IMG/VR virus record: IMGVR_UViG_3300027764_000017 | Location: 1 to 32,903 of that record | DNA length: 32,903 nt | Origin: a virus | Lineage: Duplodnaviria; Caudoviricetes | Strand: one strand, 5' to 3' | Part shown: piece by piece, positions 9,389 to 19,131 of the stretch | How the letters are laid out: each line of letters begins with the position of its first letter | How positions within the stretch are numbered: the first letter of the stretch is position 1 | Notes under the pieces: generated by a model | Told to the model about the DNA's origin: nothing | The model's input: only the letters and a program-made list of their open reading frames with translations | Databases searched by the model: none | Position numbers and translations under genes: made by a program

Positions 9389-9596
9389 TGATTTATTAGC
9401 CTTTCTGATTAGCCAATCTGGTTCTGGAGTAAAGAACTGGTTTGGCTTTCAACAACAGCGCATTGCTGGCATTAATGCAGCATATCAAATAGCAACTCTC
9501 CATGCAGACAAATTAACCCCTGATGAGGTGGTTGATTATGTAATGCAATTAAATAACACAATATTCCAAAAAATGATAAAAGGTGATGCACAATGA
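9369..9596 (+). CDS. Hypothetical tail-region protein (likely start ATG 9369, MQIQSNNDLL...)
   Basis: The track ORF begins at 9270, but that 5' part lies inside the previous gene. ATG 9369 gives 75 aa ending in an ATGA overlap with the next gene. Confidence 0.6.
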   Translation: MQIQSNNDLLAFLISQSGSGVKNWFGFQQQRIAGINAAYQIATLHADKLTPDEVVDYVMQLNNTIFQKMIKGDAQ

Positions 9597-10045
9597 GCAA
9601 AATTTTCCAACAGTTCAATATTGTTGAGCCAATCCGCACAAAGACATTTGTAATGGGCGGACATACTTTCAAAGTTAATGTCCCACTAAGTACAGAGCTT
9701 GATGCAATGCTAGAAAAGATTGCATTAACAAATGCAGACACAATTAAAGAGCGACTCAATAAGATGACTGTTGCTCTTACTGAGGCCCCTGTAGAGGGTG
9801 TAGAGATTAAAGATGGCGATGTCTTAGTTGATGGTAAATCTACCAAAGATGTGGTCGTATCAGTATTACAAATGGAAAACCGCATTACTGAATATTTCAA
9901 ACTATTAGTTCCGGAAGAAGGAACAATGGATGACATTACTTATTCAGATATTGATGCAGAGTTTCCATTGCAAGTACAGTTAGAAATGGTTGAAAAGATT
10001 ACTGAAGCAATTCAGCCAGGATACAAGGAAGCAAGAAAAAACTAG
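9593..10045 (+). CDS. Tail assembly chaperone (lambda gpG-like)
   Basis: 150 aa, acidic, between tail tube and tape measure. Ends in the slippery heptamer A AAA AAC directly before TAG. Confidence 0.8.
   Translation: MSKIFQQFNIVEPIRTKTFVMGGHTFKVNVPLSTELDAMLEKIALTNADTIKERLNKMTVALTEAPVEGVEIKDGDVLVDGKSTKDVVVSVLQMENRITEYFKLLVPEEGTMDDITYSDIDAEFPLQVQLEMVEKITEAIQPGYKEARKN
10036..10042 (+). other. Programmed -1 ribosomal frameshift site A AAA AAC
   Basis: Frame 0 reads GCA AGA AAA AAC TAG. The -1 frame is open (LVRDIHQQARAYIWAHGGCPDKIPSDD) and runs into the 10123..10392 ORF. Confidence 0.85.
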
Positions 10046-10392
10046 TTAGGGATATTCACCAACAAGCCAGAGCCTATATATGGGCGCATGGTGGATGTCC
10101 CGATAAAATACCTTCTGATGATATGAGGAATATCGAGATTATGCTACATGATGGATTGATTGGAGAGAAAGCCAACCTAATCGCTATAAGCGGTTTGGCT
10201 ACTGGCAACCTTAATTCCAAACTCCAAAAGGGAGCAACATCTTACAAGATGTCAGATATTCTTCCTACTACCCATGAGTATATTGTTCCGCCTCCTACCG
10301 ATGCCGAAAAAGAAGCTCAAGCACAAAAAGATCTACTAGCATTTATGATGCTATCCCCAGGCGCATCTGCACACTTTGGGGAGCAAGAGTAA
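10042..10392 (+). CDS. Tail assembly chaperone frameshift extension (gpT-like part of the gpGT fusion)
   Basis: The -1 frame is open from the slippery site to TAA 10392. No convincing SD before ATG 10123. Confidence 0.75.
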   Translation, partial: LVRDIHQQARAYIWAHGGCPDKIPSDDMRNIEIMLHDGLIGEKANLIAISGLATGNLNSKLQKGATSYKMSDILPTTHEYIVPPPTDAEKEAQAQKDLLAFMMLSPGASAHFGEQE

Positions 10393-10901
10393 TGTCATCC
10401 ACTTTTACAGTAGTAGGCACTAAAGAATTGATGCAAGGCATTATAGAGCTTTCCACAATTCATAGAACTGATTTAGCGGTTAGGGCTACTGCGGTAAAAG
10501 CAATTAGAGCAGCACTAGAGCCTGTATTAGAGGATGTAATAGCTCGTGCGCCTTATGATGAAAATAGACTTTCAGAAGTATATGTAAACAAAGATGGCGA
10601 TATAAAGAAAAAGCCACATTTGCGAGATACCGCAAGAATTGATGCAAGAATACCAAATGAGCAAGATACAAATGCATACCATCTTTATAACAATGATGCA
10701 TTTGCAATGGGTATGGTTTCTGTAAAGAAATCAGCCGTATCTTTATCTCAAGAGTTTGGCAATAAAAATACAGTTGCACAACCATATTTAAGAATTGCAT
10801 TTGAAACTAATATTGATAAAATGTTGTCCATCTTTGTAAGTCAGATGCAAGCAATAATCCCTCAATATAAAAAGAGATTAAATAGAAGGGGAATCAGATA
10901 A
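10392..10901 (+). CDS. HK97 gp10-like tail completion protein
   Basis: V.G..EL...., KAIRAA..PV....ARAP, HLRD, QEFG.....AQPYLR.AF motifs typical of the HK97 gp10 family. Confidence 0.8.
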   Translation: MSSTFTVVGTKELMQGIIELSTIHRTDLAVRATAVKAIRAALEPVLEDVIARAPYDENRLSEVYVNKDGDIKKKPHLRDTARIDARIPNEQDTNAYHLYNNDAFAMGMVSVKKSAVSLSQEFGNKNTVAQPYLRIAFETNIDKMLSIFVSQMQAIIPQYKKRLNRRGIR

Positions 10902-13312
10902 TGGCTAATCAAATCCTTGCCAGACTTGGCATAGTAATGACTGCGGATAGCGCAGAATTTAAACAGGGAATGCTTGATGCTGAACTTGCTGTACAAAAGT
11001 TTGAAAAAACAGCATTAAAGCAATTAGCATCTGCCAAAAAAGAAATGCAAGCAATGGAGCTTGCTGCAAAAGATTTTGGTAGAGAAGTAACCAATGTTGA
11101 GAAAGTGCAAAGAAGTCTTGCTGAAAGCGGAAAGTATTCTAAATTAGCTGGATCTGAAACTGCTCAAGATTTATTGTTTAAAGCAGCAGCTTTAGACAAA
11201 ATTGCCGCAGCTACTAAGAAAGTAAATGCCGAGCAAATGGTTGGAATGCTTGGGCAAAAGGCTGCTGGTGGCGGTCTTAATGCACAACAGAAAGCCGCAT
11301 TAGGCTATCAAACAACCGACATTATTACTGGCTTGGCTGGCGGTCAAAACCCAATGCTTGTATTGATTCAACAAGGTGGTCAGTTAAGAGACCAGTTTGG
11401 TGGATTCTTGCCATTGCTAAAAGCAATTGGTAGCGCAATGACTGTATTTAATCTAGCAGTTGCTGGAACAGTTGTAGCCGTTGGAGGTCTTGGATACGCA
11501 TTCTATAAAGCAGCAGCAGAGCAGAAGAAGTTTCAAAGTGACATGATTCTTACTGGCAATTTTGCTGGTGTTACTGCAAGTTCTTTAAATTCTCTTACTG
11601 CCGCAGTTTCTAATAATGCCAAAGTAACTATTGGCGATAGCAAAGAAATATTTAGCGAGCTTATTGCTTCTGGTCAGTTTACTTATAAAACAATGGGTTC
11701 CGTTGGCGAGTCTATTGCACTTGTATCCAAGCTGTCTGGCGAATCTGCGGATGTAGTTGCTAAAAACCTTATGCCATCTTTTGATGGTACAGCACAATCA
11801 GCAAAAAGATTAAATGAGCAATACAACTTTTTAAGTTTAGAGCAATACAAGTATATTGAGCAATTGCAACAGCAAGGAAGAAATCAAGAGGCAATTGTAT
11901 TTACGGCTGACAAGCTCAATGAAAGTCTTAAAAAGCAAACTGTTGAAGTTGGTTATCTTGGTCAAGCATGGAAGTATGTAAGCACAGAATTTAGCTCATT
12001 CCTTAATGGAATGATTGAATGGGGCAAAGGTGATACTAAATTCAGCGTTGCTGAAAAACTTCGTAAAGATTTAGAAGATGCAGCAAAAGCTGTAAATGGA
12101 ACAAGCGTAAATTTTGGATCAAAAGATGCCGCAAAGAAAAAATTTGACGATCTTAAACAGCAATATGTAGACGCTAAAAAAGCTGAGATAGCAGAAACTA
12201 TTGCCCTTCAAGAAGAATCAGATAGAAAAGCAGCAGAAAAAAGAAAGATTGAACTTTATGAGCAAGCTGGTGGACTTAAAAGAGCTTTAGCCTTACAAGA
12301 TGAATTAAAGAAACTACAAATTGATGGCGAATACCAACAGTCTGTAATAGGCTTGACAGAATTAGAGCGCATCAAAAAAGATTCAATTAAAAGAATTGCT
12401 GATTATGATAGAGAGAAAGATGCTCAAAATAGAAATGAAAAAGGTCAGTTTTCTAGGGATTATGAAAAACTTAAAGCTCAATTTGCAATTAATGAAAGAA
12501 GCCGTGTAGCTCAAGAAATATCTAAGATTTCTGATGTAGCAGAATTGGAAATTAAAAAGGCGCAAGTTCTTGAAGAAAACGGCATTGAAATAGAAAAGCG
12601 CAAATTAGAAATTAGAGCAAACAATATTTTAATTTCTGATGCAGATTACAAAATTGCATTAGCTCGATTACAAACAGAGCAAGAGATAGAGAAGATTCTT
12701 GCTAACACTAAACTTGATCCAGATGCTAAAGACAGAAGAATTGCTGAACAATTAAATATTGAACAACAAAGAGAAGGTCTTATCCGAATGGAAGAAAATT
12801 TGGGTAACCTAAAAAATACCGCATCTTCTGTATTCGAAAATATGTCAGATGGCCTGACTCAGTTTGTAATGAAAGGTCAAGTTGACTTTAGTGCATTTGC
12901 ATCCTCAATTATTGCTGACATTGTAAGAATTCAAGCAAGAGCAATGGCAATGAAAGCCGCATCTGGATTCATGGGATTGTTTGGTGGTGGCGGTGTAGAT
13001 GCAATTTCAACTGACCAATGGATGTCTGGAGCATTTGCCGATGGTGGAGATCCTCCTGTTGGTGTTCCTAGCCTTGTTGGAGAGCGTGGCCCAGAATTGT
13101 TTGTGCCAAAGACTGCTGGCACAATTATTCCTAATGAAAAGTTAGCAAGCTCATTTGGTAATAGTCAGCCATCAGTTGTATACAACGGCCCATATATTGC
13201 ATCAATGCAAGCTATTGACACACAATCAGGAATTCAATTCCTTGCTAAAAACAAAATGACGATTTGGAGTATGAATCAATCTGCTAATCGATCAATACCA
13301 GCGAGTAGATAA
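10901..13312 (+). CDS. Tape measure protein, lambda-type
   Basis: 803 aa, helical and Ala/Lys/Glu-rich. Q.TDIIT.LAGGQNP..VLIQQGGQLRD.FGG motif and C-terminal FADGG......LVGERGPELFVP. Confidence 0.93.
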   Translation: MANQILARLGIVMTADSAEFKQGMLDAELAVQKFEKTALKQLASAKKEMQAMELAAKDFGREVTNVEKVQRSLAESGKYSKLAGSETAQDLLFKAAALDKIAAATKKVNAEQMVGMLGQKAAGGGLNAQQKAALGYQTTDIITGLAGGQNPMLVLIQQGGQLRDQFGGFLPLLKAIGSAMTVFNLAVAGTVVAVGGLGYAFYKAAAEQKKFQSDMILTGNFAGVTASSLNSLTAAVSNNAKVTIGDSKEIFSELIASGQFTYKTMGSVGESIALVSKLSGESADVVAKNLMPSFDGTAQSAKRLNEQYNFLSLEQYKYIEQLQQQGRNQEAIVFTADKLNESLKKQTVEVGYLGQAWKYVSTEFSSFLNGMIEWGKGDTKFSVAEKLRKDLEDAAKAVNGTSVNFGSKDAAKKKFDDLKQQYVDAKKAEIAETIALQEESDRKAAEKRKIELYEQAGGLKRALALQDELKKLQIDGEYQQSVIGLTELERIKKDSIKRIADYDREKDAQNRNEKGQFSRDYEKLKAQFAINERSRVAQEISKISDVAELEIKKAQVLEENGIEIEKRKLEIRANNILISDADYKIALARLQTEQEIEKILANTKLDPDAKDRRIAEQLNIEQQREGLIRMEENLGNLKNTASSVFENMSDGLTQFVMKGQVDFSAFASSIIADIVRIQARAMAMKAASGFMGLFGGGGVDAISTDQWMSGAFADGGDPPVGVPSLVGERGPELFVPKTAGTIIPNEKLASSFGNSQPSVVYNGPYIASMQAIDTQSGIQFLAKNKMTIWSMNQSANRSIPASR

Positions 13313-13314
13313 TT

Positions 13315-13995
13315 ATGGCACTTACAGATATTTTAGCGATTAGTGAATCAGTCGGAATTAATGATCAAAGGTTTGTTGGTCAGGTAGTAAGCCGAAATCA
13401 GCGTATCAGCACTTCAGAGATTATTACAGTAGTGCCGTTTGCTTTTGAAATGAAGCCAATGAATTATTTGCTTTACAGTCAAAACAGGGCATTGCTTAAT
13501 TCATTAAGAATTCCTGATAAAGCATTGGCTCAATACTTAAACTTTAATTCTACTGGGTGGGTCAATTATATTAAGTACCAAGGAGATATGACTAGTGGTC
13601 AAATATCTTCTTGCCAATGGCAAACATCTTCCGCTAACAAGACTTTGGTATTAGGATCTTTGCCTAGCATTTCTTCGGGATCTTATATTGTAAAAGCTGG
13701 CGATTTTTGCCAAGTGGGGTTATATGCTTATATTGCTACGGCTGATGTTGTTCGTGGTAGTGGGTCTACTGTTGACATTCCTGTTCATAGAAACCTTATA
13801 TCTACTTTATCAACCCCTGTCAATGCTGTTATTGGTCAGTATGGAACAACAATTAGTATGGGCGGAAACACTTATACAGGCACTACATTCCAAGTAGTAT
13901 TACGGGATTACCCAACCTACACTTTAATTCCAATGACTAATGATTCTTTTATACAATGGTCAGGATCATTTAAGGCATTTGAAAGCGTACTATGA
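13315..13995 (+). CDS. Distal tail / minor tail protein
   Basis: 226 aa, beta-rich, directly after the tape measure gene. Contains KAGDF.Q.G. The call rests mostly on synteny. Confidence 0.6.
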   Translation: MALTDILAISESVGINDQRFVGQVVSRNQRISTSEIITVVPFAFEMKPMNYLLYSQNRALLNSLRIPDKALAQYLNFNSTGWVNYIKYQGDMTSGQISSCQWQTSSANKTLVLGSLPSISSGSYIVKAGDFCQVGLYAYIATADVVRGSGSTVDIPVHRNLISTLSTPVNAVIGQYGTTISMGGNTYTGTTFQVVLRDYPTYTLIPMTNDSFIQWSGSFKAFESVL

Positions 13996-14597
13996 ATGTA
14001 ATAACTCCAGTTGTCGGAACCAACAATATTCGATATGCCGATTTTGTTAGAGTAACAACTCCTTCTGCCGTTTATAGATTTGCAAGCACTCCATCAGCAA
14101 TTACTGTTTCTGCTGTTGATGCACAACCTTTTGATGCTTTAGGTGTATTGATGAAAGTTGGCGATACTCAGCGAGATATTAAATCTACTGCTAATGAAAC
14201 TTCATTTACTTTGGTTGGTATTGATACTGCGGCATTAGGCTGGGTTCTTGGACAACAAGTCAAGGGAAGCCAAATAGAGGCATGGAAAGGTTTTTTTGAT
14301 ACTAATGGTGCATTGATTACAACTGGTGGGTCTGGTGGTCTGTATCAATTCTTTAACGGCTATATTAACTCTTTTTCTATCAATGAAACTTGGATGGAAG
14401 AATTAAGGCAATTTGTTGGTGTAATAAATGTTTCCGCATCATCAATTCAAATAATTTTAAAGAATAGAACTGCTGGCAGATATACTAATGATAATAATTG
14501 GCAATTCTTTTCTCCTGGCGATACTAGTATGAATAGAGTGCCATTTATTACAAATATTAATTACAACTTTGGCAAAGGCGCAAGCCCTAATTCATAA
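13992..14597 (+). CDS. Tail tip / hub protein (gpL / DUF2163-like)
   Basis: 201 aa. FNGYI and GR.TN...WQ...PGD motifs. Second gene after the tape measure gene. Confidence 0.6.
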   Translation: MNVITPVVGTNNIRYADFVRVTTPSAVYRFASTPSAITVSAVDAQPFDALGVLMKVGDTQRDIKSTANETSFTLVGIDTAALGWVLGQQVKGSQIEAWKGFFDTNGALITTGGSGGLYQFFNGYINSFSINETWMEELRQFVGVINVSASSIQIILKNRTAGRYTNDNNWQFFSPGDTSMNRVPFITNINYNFGKGASPNS

Positions 14598-15031
14598 TGA
14601 TAAGACAAGCTACAAGATACGATAAACCGCAAATAATTCATTTAATGAAGTTATTTAAAAAAGAAAGTAATATTAAGCAATATAAAGAATTAGATAATGA
14701 ACCATATTGGGATAGATTATTAGATTCTATATTGGCTGGTTCTGGAGTTATATATATTGAAGATAATGTAGGATTAATTATGGCATTAATTACTCCTACA
14801 GTATGGTGCGATAAAACTTTATATATGCAAGAATTAGCTTGGTATGTAATACCAGAGAAAAGAAATACAAGCATTGGATATAGATTGTTAAAAAAATATG
14901 TTGATTATGGAAATGAATTAAAAAATCAAGGCAGAATAGCAATGTTTGCAATAGCAAAGATGGTTACAAGCCCAGATATAAAGTATGACAAATTTGGTTT
15001 TACAAAATTAGACGAGAATTGGATTCAATAA
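14597..15031 (+). CDS. GNAT-fold acetyltransferase-like protein in the tail tip operon
   Basis: MIRQAT..D start, ELAWYV.PEKRNTSIGYRLL (motif A-like) and Y.KFGF end. Confidence 0.8.
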   Translation: MIRQATRYDKPQIIHLMKLFKKESNIKQYKELDNEPYWDRLLDSILAGSGVIYIEDNVGLIMALITPTVWCDKTLYMQELAWYVIPEKRNTSIGYRLLKKYVDYGNELKNQGRIAMFAIAKMVTSPDIKYDKFGFTKLDENWIQ

Positions 15032-18000
15032 TGAATAAAAAAATACTGGCTTTTTTATCTTTGCTTACATTGGCAAGTCCAGTATTTGCAGTTGGTGTAA
15101 CCATTGTAGCGGCTCTTGGTGGTGCGGCATTTTTTGGTAGTGCATTTGCGGCTGGTGCTATTGCTATGGCTATTAATATGGTTGTAGCTACTATTGTTGC
15201 AAAGGCTTTTGCTAACAACAACTCATTTGATGACGGATCATCTGGGTCTAGCCCAAATCCTGGCAATAGACAACAAATTGCGCCAGCAAGCGATAACAAA
15301 TTACCAGTAGTTTACGGCTCTGCATATGTCGGTGGAGTCGTAACAGATTTGTCTATTAGTGAAGATAACCAACAACTGTATTATGTAATTTCAATATGTG
15401 AAGTTACAAATACTAATCCTGGGCAAACACCAGACAATATTACATTTGGTGATGTTTACTTTGGTGGTAAAAAAGTTATTTTTGCTGACTCAACAAGCCC
15501 TAATGTAACTGGATTGCTTGACGAATCTACTAGCATTACAGATACAACTGTTAATGGAAAAATACAAATATTCTTGTATAAGAATGGCTCAAGCAATCCT
15601 GTAAGAGGAACTCAGACCGCTATTGAAGTAATGCAAACAAGTGGGCTTGAATACACTTGGGATATAAGTAAACAAATGACCAATTGTGCATTTGCTATTC
15701 TTCATTTGTCATACAGTCAATCAGCAAATATTCGTGGATTAGAACAAACTAAATTTCAAATAACTAATAGTCGCACCTCTACTGGAGATTGTTTTTCAGA
15801 TTACCTTATTAATACTAGATATGGTTGTGCCATTTCATCTAGTCAAATTGATACAGATAGTCTTAATGCTCTTACCGCATATTCAGATGCAAACTTTACA
15901 TATATTCCTTCTGGCGGTGGATATGCAACACAACCAAGATTTAAGTTTAATGGAACACTTGATACATCTAGAAGTGTAATGGCTAATCTTCAAGACATGG
16001 CTACTTGCTGTGATTGCCTTATTAAATACAATGAGATTACAGCCAAGTGGGGTGTAATAGTTCAAAGCTCGACATATACAGCCGTAATGGATATAAATGA
16101 TAGCAATATGATTTCTGCTATTCAAATTACACCTATGGACATTGCTGCATCCTACAATGTCATTGAATGCAAATTCCCTGACAATTCCAATCAGGATGCT
16201 TTTAACTCTGCAACATTTGATTTGGCAGAGATTGATCCATTATTACTATATCCAAATGAGCCAGTAAACAAACTATCATTAAGTCTTCCCCTTACAAACA
16301 ATAGCGTAACCGCTCAATATATTGCTAATAGATTTTTAAAAGCTGGCAGAGAAGATTTGCAACTTGAGGTAACAGTCAGCTTTATTGGTATTCAGTTGGA
16401 TGCTGGCGATATTGTTACAGTAACCAATGCTAATTATGGATGGACAGTAAAGCCATTTAGAATAAATAAGGTTGTTCAACAGTTTAATGATGATGGCTCT
16501 ATTGCTGTTCAGCTTAATATGTCTGAATACAATGCCACAGTTTATGATGATGTAAGTGTTACAGAGTTTCAACCAACCCCTAATACTGGCATTGGAGATC
16601 CTACATTCTTTGGAATACCAGAAGCTCCTGATGTAATTTTAGAATACCCAACCGCTACAAATCCATATTTTGTAATACAAGCAAGAACAACTCAACAAGG
16701 TATTGTTCAATACGCAGAAATTTGGTATTCAGCATTTACAAACCCATTGCAAGAGCAAATGTACTTTGCTGGCACAAGCGAAATCCAATCTAATGGAACT
16801 CCTTGGGCAGCTTACACTTTATTGCCAAATATTACTTTAGCTAATATTCCGGCTGGAAATTGGTATTTCTTTAGTCGCATGGTTAATAGCCTTGCTTCTT
16901 CTGCTTACAGTCCGGCAAGTGATTTATTGCAATGGAGGCCAAGCACATATCAGTTCACAGAAAAGTATTTAAATGTGGCTTATGCAACAAGTATTACTGG
17001 AACCAGTTTTAGCTTAAACCCTAGAGGAAAAACTTATTATGGTTTGCATAATACCTCTAGCACAGATGTAAGCACAACTCCATCTGATTACACTTGGTAT
17101 CTTGCTCCATTTGCTTTTAATTCTAGCGGATCTTTAATATACCTTTTGTACTCAAATAGAACTGGCAGAAAATTTAGTTTTGCTACTGGCTTTGCAGCTT
17201 ATGCGGCAAATACTGGATCATTTGTTCCAACATCAACTTTAGTATATGACCCATCTATTTGGGCTGGTTTGCCAGATGGCATAAACAATATTGATCTTGA
17301 TCAGCGAACAGGACAGTTATTGCGAACAGGAACAACATCAGTTGGAACTGGTGAAATTGCAGTAGTCAATAATGACCAAGGAAATATTGTTGCATCACTT
17401 CAACAGTATCTAGATTTTGGTGGTCCATATACCAAGACTTCTGCTGTTGCTACTTTAACAGTAGATATTTATGGTCGCATTGTAGGATTTGAAGCTCCAG
17501 ATGACTTTAACTACACACAGCAAACATTTACTGCTACAAGTGGTCAGACTGTATTCTCAGTTACTAGAGGTTCAACCTATATTAGTGGGCAATGCTGGGT
17601 AATGAAAAATGGATGCAAATTAAGCCCATCTGAATATACTGATACTAGCGGATCAACTGGCACAGTTACTTTGGCAGTAGGATCAACAACTGGCGATATT
17701 ATTACTATTACATCTTTTAAATCAGTAAATGCTGGAACTGGTGTATATGCTTCATTTAGCTTAAATAGTGCAACTTTAACAAATCAAGCAACTTATACAG
17801 CATCAGGGTTTACCCTTAATACTGGTTTTGAATTGCTGTTTTTAAATGGAACAATTGTTAATGCCCAAGATTATGATATTAGTGGTCAGGACATTACTTT
17901 TATTGGAAATACAACGGGCAATTTAGAAGTATTGCAATGGTATCCAAATAACCTTGGAGTAGCTAATGGAACTCCTGTAAATATTGATGCTTTTACCATT

Positions 18001-18186
18001 GTTGGTCAAACTATTTACCCATTTTCTTACAACATTAATGCTTTTAATCTGTTTAGTAATGGGGTTCTATTTAAACAGGCAACGGATTATACTGTTGCAA
18101 CTGGGACTTATACATTAAGTAATACACCAACCAATAATACAACTATTATGGTTCAACAAACCTTTGCAAGAACTGGAGCAGTCTAA
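15031..18186 (+). CDS. Tail tip / central tail fibre protein (gpJ-like host specificity); likely start ATG 15031
   Basis: About 1051 aa. LPVVYG motif, DYL.NTRYG and L.AGDIVTVT....GW..KPFRI (phage tail hub-like). C-terminal T...GQT.F...NG repeats. TAATG coupling to the GNAT gene. Confidence 0.85.
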   Translation: MNKKILAFLSLLTLASPVFAVGVTIVAALGGAAFFGSAFAAGAIAMAINMVVATIVAKAFANNNSFDDGSSGSSPNPGNRQQIAPASDNKLPVVYGSAYVGGVVTDLSISEDNQQLYYVISICEVTNTNPGQTPDNITFGDVYFGGKKVIFADSTSPNVTGLLDESTSITDTTVNGKIQIFLYKNGSSNPVRGTQTAIEVMQTSGLEYTWDISKQMTNCAFAILHLSYSQSANIRGLEQTKFQITNSRTSTGDCFSDYLINTRYGCAISSSQIDTDSLNALTAYSDANFTYIPSGGGYATQPRFKFNGTLDTSRSVMANLQDMATCCDCLIKYNEITAKWGVIVQSSTYTAVMDINDSNMISAIQITPMDIAASYNVIECKFPDNSNQDAFNSATFDLAEIDPLLLYPNEPVNKLSLSLPLTNNSVTAQYIANRFLKAGREDLQLEVTVSFIGIQLDAGDIVTVTNANYGWTVKPFRINKVVQQFNDDGSIAVQLNMSEYNATVYDDVSVTEFQPTPNTGIGDPTFFGIPEAPDVILEYPTATNPYFVIQARTTQQGIVQYAEIWYSAFTNPLQEQMYFAGTSEIQSNGTPWAAYTLLPNITLANIPAGNWYFFSRMVNSLASSAYSPASDLLQWRPSTYQFTEKYLNVAYATSITGTSFSLNPRGKTYYGLHNTSSTDVSTTPSDYTWYLAPFAFNSSGSLIYLLYSNRTGRKFSFATGFAAYAANTGSFVPTSTLVYDPSIWAGLPDGINNIDLDQRTGQLLRTGTTSVGTGEIAVVNNDQGNIVASLQQYLDFGGPYTKTSAVATLTVDIYGRIVGFEAPDDFNYTQQTFTATSGQTVFSVTRGSTYISGQCWVMKNGCKLSPSEYTDTSGSTGTVTLAVGSTTGDIITITSFKSVNAGTGVYASFSLNSATLTNQATYTASGFTLNTGFELLFLNGTIVNAQDYDISGQDITFIGNTTGNLEVLQWYPNNLGVANGTPVNIDAFTIVGQTIYPFSYNINAFNLFSNGVLFKQATDYTVATGTYTLSNTPTNNTTIMVQQTFARTGAV

Positions 18187-19053
18187 ATGACCCAAGCATA
18201 TAATCTATCGCAATTTGCGAACAAACTAAATTCATCAGGCCAAACTGATAATACTGGACTACAGAATAACTCTGTTACTGTTACTGCTGGTACTGGAATG
18301 TCTGGTGGTGGAGCAGTAGCTTTAGGAGGAACTACAACCCTTAATAATGCTGGAGTAACTTCCATTGTTGCTGGTACTGGAATATCTGTATCAGGGGCTA
18401 CTGGTGCTGTAACTGTTAATGCTTTATCAAATTATGTTGGCACTCGTGGTCAAATATTTACATCAAGTGGAACATTTACCATTCCATCGGGGGTTTCAGC
18501 ACTTAAAATTACTGTTATTGGTGGCGGTGGTGGTGGGGCTGGTGGAGATACATATCCAACTGATAGTGTTGCTGGTGGTGCAAGTTCAGTAGCATCAGGA
18601 ACACAGTCAATCACAACAATTTCGGCTGGTGGTGGTGGCAATGCTCGTTCTAACGCACAGTCAGGCTCACGCTTTGGTGGGGCTGGTGGCACTTCATCAG
18701 GTGGTGACATCAATGTAACTGGTGTAGCTGGAACTGGGTTACAAAGATGGAACGAAGGCACAGTTGCTATTACTCTGCCAACCTCAGTAAACGGCACTCA
18801 AGTTAAATTAGGACTTCAGCAAACGAATAGTTATGGTTATGGAGTTTATGGTTCGGCTGGCATAGCTGGAACTGATAGTGCTGAAGGCAATAATGGTGGA
18901 CAAGGTGGGCTTGCCATAAAGTATTTAACAGGGCTAACACCAAGTGCAACTTTGTCAGTAACAGTTGGTGCTGGTGGGGCGGCTGGAAATACTGGAGGTT
19001 CTGGAGGAAGCAACGCAGCTGGTGGTGCTGGTATTGTTATTTTTGAATGGTGA
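18187..19053 (+). CDS. Glycine-rich tail fibre / virion protein
   Basis: FTSSGTFTIPSGV..LKITVIGGGGGG ... VTVGAGG ... GIVIFEW glycine-rich domain. Confidence 0.75.
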   Translation: MTQAYNLSQFANKLNSSGQTDNTGLQNNSVTVTAGTGMSGGGAVALGGTTTLNNAGVTSIVAGTGISVSGATGAVTVNALSNYVGTRGQIFTSSGTFTIPSGVSALKITVIGGGGGGAGGDTYPTDSVAGGASSVASGTQSITTISAGGGGNARSNAQSGSRFGGAGGTSSGGDINVTGVAGTGLQRWNEGTVAITLPTSVNGTQVKLGLQQTNSYGYGVYGSAGIAGTDSAEGNNGGQGGLAIKYLTGLTPSATLSVTVGAGGAAGNTGGSGGSNAAGGAGIVIFEW

Positions 19054-19083
19054 TATATAATATAAACAAATAAGACACGATCC

Positions 19084-19110
19084 ATAAGTGGGTGGAGTTC
19101 CATCCCTTAT
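19084..19110 (+). promoter_or_regulatory. Intergenic stem-loop upstream of the 19132 RBS (candidate cis-regulatory RNA)
   Basis: ATAAG-T-GGGTGG-AGTT-CCATCC-CTTAT forms 11 pairs (one G-U) with one bulge. It has no U-tract. Confidence 0.45.
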
Positions 19111-19131
19111 TAACCGAGTAATGGAGAGATC

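Noticed and set aside
643-18797. Numerous 60-150 aa alternative-frame and antisense ORFs inside structural genes
   Set aside because: Fully nested in well-supported genes, with no motifs or RBS. Expected by chance given the codon bias.
8110-19078. ATAAGACA recurring at two intergenic starts (8110, 19070) and at 14620 as a possible late promoter motif
   Set aside because: Short AT-rich 8-mer, one copy is coding and one includes a stop codon. Not distinguishable from chance by eye.
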